NCBI GenBank assembly: GCA_041572575.1
Contig: JBFFSH010000044.1
Location: 1 to 20,238, forward strand
Direction: 5' to 3'
Origin: Thermodesulfobacteriota bacterium
GTDB taxonomy: Bacteria > Desulfobacterota_D > UBA1144 > Nemesobacterales > N074bin48
Length of the DNA stretch: 20,238 nt
In this document: positions 1-7,561 of the stretch, one piece after another
Numbering within the stretch: position 1 is the first letter of the stretch
Layout: each line of letters opens with the position of its first letter
Position numbers and translations under genes: made by a program
Notes under the pieces: model-generated
What the model saw: only the letters and a program-made list of their open reading frames with translations
What the model was told of the DNA's origin: nothing
Database searches by the model: none

Positions 1-324
1 AGCTCCAAATTTAAATATGATGAGACAAACAACAACGACAGTAAGATAAAAGAGTTAATTGGTGAGCTTTATTATGAAGATTATACGGGGTATAATGAAA
101 CTTTGAGTGAAAGAATTAGGGTTATAGAATACAAACAGAGGTTAGAACTATCCGAAATACCTTTACTTCCTCAACAACAGCAAAACCTTATAGAGCTAAT
201 GCTGCAAGACTGTGATACGAAGTGTGATGAAAATATTATTGATAATTCAATAGATTTTCTGGATTTAGAACAAGTTGCCGTACTCGAAGAATATTTGTCT
301 GAATCTTCAGATTCTAATCACTAA
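1..324 (+). CDS. Hypothetical protein, 5'-truncated by the window edge (acidic C-terminal part)
   Basis: Frame 1 is open from base 1 (SSKFKYDETNNNDSKIKELIGELYYEDYTGYNET...) into the 103..324 ORF, so the TTG at 103 is probably internal. Stop TAA at 322-324. No family recognised. Confidence 0.65.
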   Translation, partial: SSKFKYDETNNNDSKIKELIGELYYEDYTGYNETLSERIRVIEYKQRLELSEIPLLPQQQQNLIELMLQDCDTKCDENIIDNSIDFLDLEQVAVLEEYLSESSDSNH

Positions 325-342
325 ATCTTTCAATCAAACCTA

Positions 343-909
343 CTATACATCCCAGCTGTATTTATAATCAGCTAAATCATTGATAGTGTTATACAGAACC
401 AGAATTCTCCAGTTTGATGAGTCCATGTTCTCGACTTCGTCTTTCATTACAGAACCTATTATTCTTCTTTCATTTATTTCTGTAACAACCCATTCTACAA
501 GTACTATGGAATTTACAACCAGATCTTCATAATTTTCATTTCCGAGCAGACCTCTTATTTTATCAAGATTGTAGTCCGGCTCATCAATTCTTGCCCCTTG
601 TACTACTTCTAAATGTTTGGCGTGCAGCTCTATATCCTTGTTTAAAAACTCTATATCAAACATCCAGACTTTCTTATCCCACTTTTCCAGATCTAAAATA
701 TAGTTTTCACTAAGTGTAACAAAAACCCTGCCTTTGACCCTTTCTTTAAGAAAAATCTCTAATGTTCCAATACAACAGCTAATGAGATCAACAAAAGTAT
801 CATAACCGCTTTTTAACCTAAGCTCATTTATTCTGTGAATACTCTGCTCATTTAATTTAAAGCCTATAAGAGACTCAAGCTCCTGCTGATCAGTAATTAC
901 ATCGCTCAT
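343..909 (-). CDS. Hypothetical protein with two internal repeats, possibly ribbon-helix-helix-like
   Basis: 188-aa ORF starting 26 nt after the extended CDGSH gene. Segments INELRLKSGYDTFVDLISCCIGTLEIFLKERVKGRVFVTL and LDKIRGLLGNENYEDLVVNSIVLVEWVVTEINERRIIGSV align without gaps in hydrophobic pattern. Confidence 0.65.
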   Translation of the reverse strand: MSDVITDQQELESLIGFKLNEQSIHRINELRLKSGYDTFVDLISCCIGTLEIFLKERVKGRVFVTLSENYILDLEKWDKKVWMFDIEFLNKDIELHAKHLEVVQGARIDEPDYNLDKIRGLLGNENYEDLVVNSIVLVEWVVTEINERRIIGSVMKDEVENMDSSNWRILVLYNTINDLADYKYSWDV

Positions 910-935
910 AGAATTATAAAATATTTTTATAAAAG

Positions 936-1571
936 TTAATTTTCATTATCTGTAAATCCCGCTTCGGAATGGCTTCCGTCACAGTATGGCTTGTTCTTGG
1001 AAGCCCCGCATCTGCAAAGACCATAATGATCCTTTGTTGGAGGTTCAAGACCTTTTTCGATTTTCAATTCTATATTTCAGCAGACACTGTATGGACCGTC
1101 TTTTTCGATTTTGATTTTCTGCTCACCACCAAAATCTCTTAAATGTTCATCCCCAATCTTGTAACTTAGCGCACCCGAAGGACATTTTTTTATGGTGCTT
1201 ATTATTGAATCCGCATCTGATTTATCTGGGTTTATCCATGGTTTGATGTTTACATCAAAAACAGCTGGCAGGTTTCCCACACATTCAGCTGCATGATAAC
1301 AAAATGCGGGATTATAATAAACCTTGATATCTTTTCCTTCATACTCTATTTCTTTATCAAGTTTGGTACTGGACTCTCTTTTTCCTGTAAAATCTATCTT
1401 TGAATGGGTGCCGTCACAAAAAGGTTTATTCTCTGAAGCACCGCATCTGCACAGGGCTATTTTCTTTTTGGATTCAATTTTTTCACCTTTTGAATTCTCA
1501 AGCACGTCCAGGTTATCTACAATAAAAGGTCCGTTTTCCATAATATCTATCGTTGTTTTTTCATCAGCCAT
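936..1571 (-). pseudogene. CDGSH iron-sulfur / divergent 4Fe-4S mono-cluster / CDGSH protein interrupted by an in-frame TGA at 1077-1079 (nonsense allele, sequence error or recoded stop); 211 aa if read through
   Basis: N-terminal CDGSH motif LCRCGASENKPFCDGTH; central CYHAAECV...WINPD...CPSGAL domain. After TGA the same frame continues NIELKIEKGLEPPTKDHYGLCRCGASKNKPYCDGSHSEAGFTDNEN-TAA(938-936). SD AAGGAG upstream of ATG 1571. Confidence 0.85.
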
Positions 1572-1732
1572 ATTATTCTCCTTTGTAGTAATGGAATCCG
1601 CTATATCAAAATAATGTTATCATATAAGTCGCTATAGTCATGCTAAAATTAAATATGTAATCAGCAAATTCCCATTTTCCAACAAATAGATATCATTTAG
1701 TAAGATTTAATAAAATATAAAGGAGTATAAAT

Positions 1733-2116
1733 TTGAGCAATAACAGATTTGAAACAGGGAAGCAAACATTTGAAAAAATTACTGGTGAAGTAGGCAAAAA
1801 GTTTTTAGAGAACCTTAGAACAGTAGCGCCTGATTTTGCAGACTATCTGGTTGAATTTCCCTTTGGGGCAATATACAGCCGTCCCGGGTTTGATATTAAG
1901 ACAAGGGAGATCATAACTCTTTCTTCTCTTGCAACTCAGGGAAATGCCACAATTGAACTGAAGGCTCATATCAAGCTTGCCCTAAATGCAGGGGTAACCA
2001 GGGAGCAGATAATAGAACTATTTATGCAGATATCAGTTTACGCAGGCTTTCCAGTCGCTGTAAATGCAATGCTTGCAGCAAAGGATGTGTTCAAAGAACT
2101 GGACAGAAAGAAGTAA
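1733..2116 (+). CDS. Carboxymuconolactone decarboxylase (CMD/AhpD-like) family protein
   Basis: Motifs FGAIYSRPG, TREIITLSSL, LKAHIKLALNAGVTREQIIE, YAGFP. SD AAGGAG at 1720-1725 before TTG. No AhpD CxxC. Confidence 0.9.
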   Translation: MSNNRFETGKQTFEKITGEVGKKFLENLRTVAPDFADYLVEFPFGAIYSRPGFDIKTREIITLSSLATQGNATIELKAHIKLALNAGVTREQIIELFMQISVYAGFPVAVNAMLAAKDVFKELDRKK

Positions 2117-3292
2117 TCAGACCTTTTTCTTTTCAAATAACACCTTTAAAACATCACCGTCGAAGTTTGCTTTTTTTACTTTTAGTTTTGCCAGAAAGTT
2201 GGGAAGGAATATGTTTCTCTTTTGATTTTCTATGTGAATTGTAAGTTCATCTCCCACCTGAAAAAGCTCTACTTCTTTCTTGCTAACAAATGGAAGTTTG
2301 AGCTGCATCTCAAAATTGCCATTTTTCTTAATAATTTCATACTGTTTCTCACTAAAAAATATCTCAGTCGGATCAGCATCTTTAAAAAGCTCATCGGAGA
2401 ACTTCTCAAGAGAAGCAAGCCCTTGTATCTCTTCTGAAAACAGTGATACATCAAAGGCAGGCAGTGGAGAAAACATATCATTTATCTGCTCTCTGTATTT
2501 GCCCTGCTTTTTTCGCCACCTTTTAAAATATGGGTGATCGAGCTCTTCTGGCATGGTTCTGTTAATAATCAGAGAATCCACAGGATAGCCATAAAGATTT
2601 AAATAAGTGTATGCCCTCTGAGTTTCCTTTATAACCATGTTTTCGAGATTCATTACAAGACGCATTGAGGTTACCTTGGGATCGGCAAATACCTGGCGGA
2701 TGGCATCGAGTTTTTCAAACAATATTTCAATCGCATCATATGTAGCCTCCTGGGGAAGCGGCATATCCGAAACGACCCTTACTGCAGGCTTTATTACCTT
2801 CATCACTCTTTTTTCTATTGGGAATATCTTTACAAGCCACCACCTTGCTACATCGGGCAGAGAAAGGAGCCTCAATGTTTCACCAGTAGGCGCGCTGTCT
2901 ACGATGATCACATCATAGTCCGCATCATGATAATGATTGTTAACCCACAAAAAGGCGGATATTTCTTCCATACCCGGAAACACGCTGAATTCCTCAGCAA
3001 GAATGTCATCAACGTTCATCCAACCCAGCAGTGAATGCAGATACTCGGTAAGCTTTCCCCAGTACTTTTCGACAGAGTAATAAACATCTATTTCCTGGCC
3101 GTAAAGATTGTCTCCTATTTTTTTAGGCTCAGGGCCTAACTCCTTATTAAAAGAATCTCTGAGGCTATGGGCAGGATCTGTGGAAACTACTATAGTTTTA
3201 TATCCCAGATTAGCACATTTTAGCGCTGTAGCAGCCGCTACTGTGGTTTTTCCAACCCCGCCTTTACCCGTATATAGTATTATTCTCTTCAT
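2117..3292 (-). CDS. ArsA/Get3-family ATPase with C-terminal HSP20-like domain (single ATPase domain, Get3d-like)
   Basis: Deviant Walker A GKGGVGKTT, STDPAHSL, DSAPTGETLRLL. C-terminal LKLPFVSKKEVELFQVGDELTIHIENQKRNIFLP...ANFDGDVLKVLF alpha-crystallin-like tail. Start is ATG 3292 or GTG 3301. Stop TGA abuts the CMD stop. Confidence 0.9.
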   Translation of the reverse strand: MKRIILYTGKGGVGKTTVAAATALKCANLGYKTIVVSTDPAHSLRDSFNKELGPEPKKIGDNLYGQEIDVYYSVEKYWGKLTEYLHSLLGWMNVDDILAEEFSVFPGMEEISAFLWVNNHYHDADYDVIIVDSAPTGETLRLLSLPDVARWWLVKIFPIEKRVMKVIKPAVRVVSDMPLPQEATYDAIEILFEKLDAIRQVFADPKVTSMRLVMNLENMVIKETQRAYTYLNLYGYPVDSLIINRTMPEELDHPYFKRWRKKQGKYREQINDMFSPLPAFDVSLFSEEIQGLASLEKFSDELFKDADPTEIFFSEKQYEIIKKNGNFEMQLKLPFVSKKEVELFQVGDELTIHIENQKRNIFLPNFLAKLKVKKANFDGDVLKVLFEKKKV

Positions 3293-3361
3293 GCTACTCA
3301 CAGTAAACTGTGTAAAATATTAAACAATAATATTATGCTCTAATCTATTTATCGTAGTTAC

Positions 3362-3391
3362 TTGACATCAATCACCCAGTAAATATATTAT
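3362..3391 (+). promoter_or_regulatory. Sigma70-type promoter for the small ORF at 3422
   Basis: Perfect TTGACA at 3362-3367, with TATATT (3384-3389, 16-nt spacer) or TATTAT (3386-3391, 18-nt spacer). Confidence 0.55.
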
Positions 3392-3421
3392 CACTTATTA
3401 TACTTAAAAAGGTAGAGAAAA

Positions 3422-3568
3422 ATGTCAGAACAACCAAATAAATCAAAAGTAAAATACGACCCGATCATGACTCCTCTTTTTACTATACTGGGATTAAAGA
3501 TATTAGGAGCTACTGCACTTCTTACAATTGCAGGGATTTACTACAGTTTTATAAACCCATCGTTTTAA
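3422..3568 (+). CDS. Small (48 aa) membrane protein with C-terminal hydrophobic segment; not in the ORF track
   Basis: MSEQPNKSKVKYDPIMTPLFTILGLKILGATALLTIAGIYYSFINPSF-TAA. Purine-rich AAGGTAGAG just upstream, promoter upstream, fills an otherwise empty 300-nt gap. Confidence 0.7.
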   Translation: MSEQPNKSKVKYDPIMTPLFTILGLKILGATALLTIAGIYYSFINPSF

Positions 3569-3605
3569 TTTCTATATATTACACACTAAGCTTAAGATAA
3601 ATAAC

Positions 3606-4166
3606 GTGGGTATGGTAAAAACTTCGAAAGTTTCACAAAGAGAATCTCAAGATTTAAACCAGGAGTTTCAACACCTAATCGCCTCTTGCAAAAAATCAAT
3701 CAACAGAAAAGTTGACCCCAATCTTGAAAAAACACTAAAAAAGTTAAACAAGAAAATTCAAAGTGAAGTTAAAAGTTCCAAAGAGAAAAAAGATAGAGAT
3801 ACGTTAATTTATCTAAAATTTTTAACAAAAGTAACCAAGAAGTTTAAAAAAGCTAATAATATACTAAAGTCGTTAAAGAAAACTGATTCTAACTTTGAAG
3901 AGTTAGACACATTAACAGAACTTGATATTTTGCTTTCACACCTTAAAAAAATAGTAAACAAATCACCAAAAAAAATAAATGTAAAAAAGCTCGAAGCCGA
4001 TATTGAGAAAATTGAAAAAATAGAAGACCAAAAAGTAAGGGTGCTTATGACTTACCTGATGGATGACTGGAAAAACCTGGAGTGCGTCCTGAGCCTTATG
4101 AAACTTGGTGAGACATATAAGGATATAGCAGACGATCTTTTGAGTATTTCTCTTTTTAAAAACTAA
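3606..4166 (+). CDS. Lysine-rich helical protein with a degenerate PhoU-like C-terminal repeat
   Basis: Residues 135-182 align without gaps to the C-terminal repeat of the PhoU in this window (12/48 identities by hand). Start is GTG 3606 or ATG 3612. Overlaps the convergent gene by 4 nt. Confidence 0.6.
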   Translation: MGMVKTSKVSQRESQDLNQEFQHLIASCKKSINRKVDPNLEKTLKKLNKKIQSEVKSSKEKKDRDTLIYLKFLTKVTKKFKKANNILKSLKKTDSNFEELDTLTELDILLSHLKKIVNKSPKKINVKKLEADIEKIEKIEDQKVRVLMTYLMDDWKNLECVLSLMKLGETYKDIADDLLSISLFKN

Positions 4167-5062
4167 AAGACACCTACCCTTTGTACAATTTCTCCTTTAG
4201 ACTCTTTATCCTTTAAATCTTTATTTAAATTAACCCACCAATCCTTTGGTGAACTCTCAGAATAACTGTCCAGCTCAACCTCTTTTTCAGCAATATAATC
4301 CCTTAACCCTTTTACGTATGTATTAAACTGCTTTAGAAATAATGTCCTGTATCTGCTCGTGGTCTGATCTTCACCAAAATGAAACATAACTCCACGCTTT
4401 TTTGATGCACTTAATAATATCACCTTATTCTCAGGGCCAACAAGTACAGTAGAAAACTCTTCATCAGGAAGCTCAATCCTGCCAACATCTTGCTCAATTT
4501 CGTTTATTGATCTTAATATCTCAGCTAACAGGTAGCTGTGTATACCATCTGAAAGCTGCGCCAGTTCATCAATATGTAAATATTCCTTTGATTGGGCAAA
4601 TTTCACCTCTTGGCCTTCTGATGACCATATACAATATGTATCTTCCGGGATCGAAGTCTTTAGTGTTGAAAAGAGGTCAGGTGCAAATTCTCTTAAGGGA
4701 AGAGCAGGTTTAGCATCGGAGTCTAATTCAAAACTTGAAAAATAAATACATTTTGTAGTTTTAGAGTTTGAAAATAAATATTTTATCCCAGCATAAAACC
4801 TGCTGCTAAGGGCACTATCGGTATGAAAGATAAAGACATAATATTTACCGTCGGGATGTGAAATCGTAATATGTGATTGTAGTACTCCATTTTCTAATAG
4901 CAGACTTTCTAGAAATGAGGAAACAATATAATCCTTTTTGTTTTCCTTAAAATCGTTAGTAAGCTCTTTTGCTATGTTTATAGCATTTATGTGGTTGTTT
5001 CCTACCTGCAGCTTTATATCCAACTGAGGCCAGTCATCCGGTGCGTCTGAAAAAAGTGGCAT
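4163..5062 (-). CDS. Hypothetical soluble protein (~300 aa)
   Basis: Long ORF. SD AGGAG is 1 nt from ATG 5068 but 7 nt from ATG 5062, favouring the latter. No family recognised. Confidence 0.75.
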   Translation of the reverse strand: MPLFSDAPDDWPQLDIKLQVGNNHINAINIAKELTNDFKENKKDYIVSSFLESLLLENGVLQSHITISHPDGKYYVFIFHTDSALSSRFYAGIKYLFSNSKTTKCIYFSSFELDSDAKPALPLREFAPDLFSTLKTSIPEDTYCIWSSEGQEVKFAQSKEYLHIDELAQLSDGIHSYLLAEILRSINEIEQDVGRIELPDEEFSTVLVGPENKVILLSASKKRGVMFHFGEDQTTSRYRTLFLKQFNTYVKGLRDYIAEKEVELDSYSESSPKDWWVNLNKDLKDKESKGEIVQRVGVF

Positions 5063-5119
5063 TGTCATACTCCTGTAATTTAAGTATTCATATATTATAT
5101 AATGGTTCGTACTTAAACA

Positions 5120-6253
5120 ATGAAAAAGCTGGAAAATAAAATTATATCTTATATACAGGGAAACGGCCCAATAACATTTGACAAGTTTATGGAATTTGCC
5201 CTGTATGATAAAGAAGATGGATATTACTGCAAATCAGGCAAAAGGTTTGGAAAATCAGGAGATTTTTATACAAGCCCCACTGTGCACAGGGCATTTGGTA
5301 ATGTTATTTCAAAATTCATAGTCAGAGTTTTTGAAGCCATAGATGAACAATTCGTATCTGTGATTGAGCCTGGCTGTGGAAACGGGTATCTGGCAGTAGA
5401 TATATTGGATTGCTTAAAAGAGTTTTATCCCACCGTTTATGAAAATATCCATTATTATTGCATAGACAAAAGCATATCGAATTTAGACAATGCTTATGAA
5501 CTGCTTGCTGACCATAGAGCAATAGTTAATTTTGCAGCTGATATTTCAGACCTAAAAGACAAACATAGTGGAGTTGTTATATCAAATGAACTTTTTGATG
5601 CCCTGCCATTTCACAGAATCAAGTTTAAAGATAATAAACCCTATGAAATTTATATTGAAAACGAAGGTGAAAGTTTCACCGAACACTTGGGTAAGCTCAG
5701 CAGCAATGATCTCCAAAAATTTATTGATAACTTAAATATACATTTTGAGCAAGATCAGCAGATTGAGATAAATTTGAATTATAAAAAGGTGATAGAACAA
5801 ATATCTAACTCCTTAAACAAGGGAGTAGTAGTCACGTTTGATTACGGCTGGCTTTCTGGTGAGCTTTATAGCCCGGAAAGACTAGATGGTACTTACAGAT
5901 GTTTTCACAACCACCAAATATCGGCTGATCCATATATAAACATAGGAAAGCAGGACATTACATCAAGCGTAAACTTTAGTGATTTAATCAAACTTGGTGA
6001 GCAAAACGAATTAAAGTTAATTAAATACAGTACTCAGGGACAATTTATGGTTGACTGGGGTGTTTTGGATATTATTGAAAAGTTGGATGAAAAGGGCCGC
6101 TCTACAGCAAAGAATCTTTTTATGCCTGGCACAATGGGTGATATGTTTAAAGTATTAATTCAGCAAAAAAACATGAATGACAGTTTTACTGAACATTATC
6201 CTGAATCTATTTTAAAAATAAGCTATCAAAGTACTAAAGACACGATACGGTAG
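5120..6253 (+). CDS. SAM-dependent methyltransferase, MidA/NDUFAF7 (DUF185) family
   Basis: GPITFDKFMEFALY...GYY, GDFYTSP, IEPGCGNG, SNELFDALP, FDYG, GKQDITSSVNF, MGDMFKVL. Confidence 0.92.
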   Translation: MKKLENKIISYIQGNGPITFDKFMEFALYDKEDGYYCKSGKRFGKSGDFYTSPTVHRAFGNVISKFIVRVFEAIDEQFVSVIEPGCGNGYLAVDILDCLKEFYPTVYENIHYYCIDKSISNLDNAYELLADHRAIVNFAADISDLKDKHSGVVISNELFDALPFHRIKFKDNKPYEIYIENEGESFTEHLGKLSSNDLQKFIDNLNIHFEQDQQIEINLNYKKVIEQISNSLNKGVVVTFDYGWLSGELYSPERLDGTYRCFHNHQISADPYINIGKQDITSSVNFSDLIKLGEQNELKLIKYSTQGQFMVDWGVLDIIEKLDEKGRSTAKNLFMPGTMGDMFKVLIQQKNMNDSFTEHYPESILKISYQSTKDTIR

Positions 6254-6264
6254 GAATTATTAAT

Positions 6265-6308
6265 AATTTACCACATGCTATATATTAATAAGACCTTGTG
6301 GATAAATT
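6265..6308. promoter_or_regulatory. Imperfect inverted repeat whose right arm contains a perfect DnaA-box sequence
   Basis: AATTTACCACA (6265-6275) pairs with TGTGGATAAATT (6297-6308) with one bulge. 6297-6305 reads TTATCCACA on the minus strand. Function unclear (terminator, DnaA site or other). Confidence 0.3.
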
Positions 6309-6367
6309 TTTGTTAGGTTAAGATAATCTCCTTATAACCAATTTTTAATTAATTTAGGAGAATTTCA

Positions 6368-7534
6368 ATGGAAATAAACTGGGCTGATAGAATAAACGAA
6401 CTTCCACCTTACCTCTTTGCTGAAATAGACGCAAAAAAAGCAGAAGTTATGGCAAAAGGCGTAGATGTAATCGATCTGGGTGTTGGTGATCCTGATATTC
6501 CTACACCAAATTTTATAATCGAAGCGCTTAATAAAGCTGTAAGAGACCCTTCGAACCACGTCTACCCTTCTTATGCAGGTATGTTGTCTTTTAAACAAGC
6601 AGTTTCAGATTGGTACAAAAAAAGGTTCAACGTAGATTTAGAAGCCGCGAGTGAGGTTGTAACGCTTATTGGTTCAAAAGAAGGCATTGCACACACCCCC
6701 TTAGCTTTTATTAATCCAGGGGATATAGCACTTGTTACAGACCCCGGATACCCGGTATACAATGTAGCTATCACTTTTGCCGGTGGCGTACCTTATTCTA
6801 TACCTATCCTGAAAGAAAATAACTTTTTACCCGACTTTGATACTGTTCCCGAAGAAATACTAAAAAGATCGAAGCTGCTGTTTATAAACTATCCCAATAA
6901 CCCTACAACAGCGGTAGCGGATGAAGATTTTTATAAAAGAGTAATTGAGTTTGCAGAGAAAAATCAGATCATCGTGTGTCATGATGCCGCTTACACCGAG
7001 ATTGCCTATGATGGGTATAAACCTTTGAGTTTTTTAGAAATAGATGGGGCAAAAGAGGTTGGTATAGAGTTTCATTCGCTATCTAAAACATTTAGCATGA
7101 CCGGGTGGCGAATTGGATTTGCAGTTGGAAATAAAAAAGCAATTGCCGGGCTTGGAAAGATAAAAACTAATATAGATTCAGGCGTTTTTCAGGCCGTGCA
7201 ACATGCAGGAATAGAGGCCTTGAACAATTATACAGAAGGACTTGCAGACAGGGTAAACATTTACAAAGAAAGAAGGGATATCTTCTGCAAGGGGCTTGAT
7301 GAAATAGGAATAAGCTACCTACATCCAAAAGCTACATTTTACGTGTGGTTTGAAACTATAAATGGCCTGTCATCAAAAGATTTCGCTTCAAAAATGCTAG
7401 ATGAAGCAGGAATTGTAGCAACTCCTGGAAACGGGTTTGGTGAGTATGGTGAGGGCTATATGAGAGTATCTACCACATTTGAAAACTCTAAAATTGTTGA
7501 GGCTGTTGAAAGACTTAAGAATCTAAAACTTTAA
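6368..7534 (+). CDS. dapL: LL-diaminopimelate aminotransferase (class I/II PLP aminotransferase)
   Basis: ADRINELPPYLFAEID, IDLGVGDPD, LIGSKEGIAH, DPGYPVY, NYPNNPT, HDAAY, IEFHSLSKTFSMTGWRIG, KTNIDSGVF, TPGNGFG. SD AGGAG 6356-6360. Confidence 0.85.
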   Translation: MEINWADRINELPPYLFAEIDAKKAEVMAKGVDVIDLGVGDPDIPTPNFIIEALNKAVRDPSNHVYPSYAGMLSFKQAVSDWYKKRFNVDLEAASEVVTLIGSKEGIAHTPLAFINPGDIALVTDPGYPVYNVAITFAGGVPYSIPILKENNFLPDFDTVPEEILKRSKLLFINYPNNPTTAVADEDFYKRVIEFAEKNQIIVCHDAAYTEIAYDGYKPLSFLEIDGAKEVGIEFHSLSKTFSMTGWRIGFAVGNKKAIAGLGKIKTNIDSGVFQAVQHAGIEALNNYTEGLADRVNIYKERRDIFCKGLDEIGISYLHPKATFYVWFETINGLSSKDFASKMLDEAGIVATPGNGFGEYGEGYMRVSTTFENSKIVEAVERLKNLKL

Positions 7535-7561
7535 TAAAATAAATCCTATTAAGATTTAACC

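Noticed and set aside
1077..2119. Genome-wide TGA reassignment (Gly or Trp) as the explanation for the in-frame TGA
   Set aside because: The ArsA-like gene ends in TGA at a natural C-terminus abutting a convergent gene, Trp is encoded by TGG, and no other gene in the window is broken by TGA.
1324..3323. Short plus- and minus-strand ORFs overlapping the CDGSH and ArsA-like genes (1324, 2222, 2269, 2280, 2637, 3108)
   Set aside because: Antisense or off-frame shadows of well-supported genes, with no recognisable motifs.
6254..6367. Replication origin
   Set aside because: Only one perfect and one degenerate DnaA box in 114 nt, and no origin-associated genes nearby.
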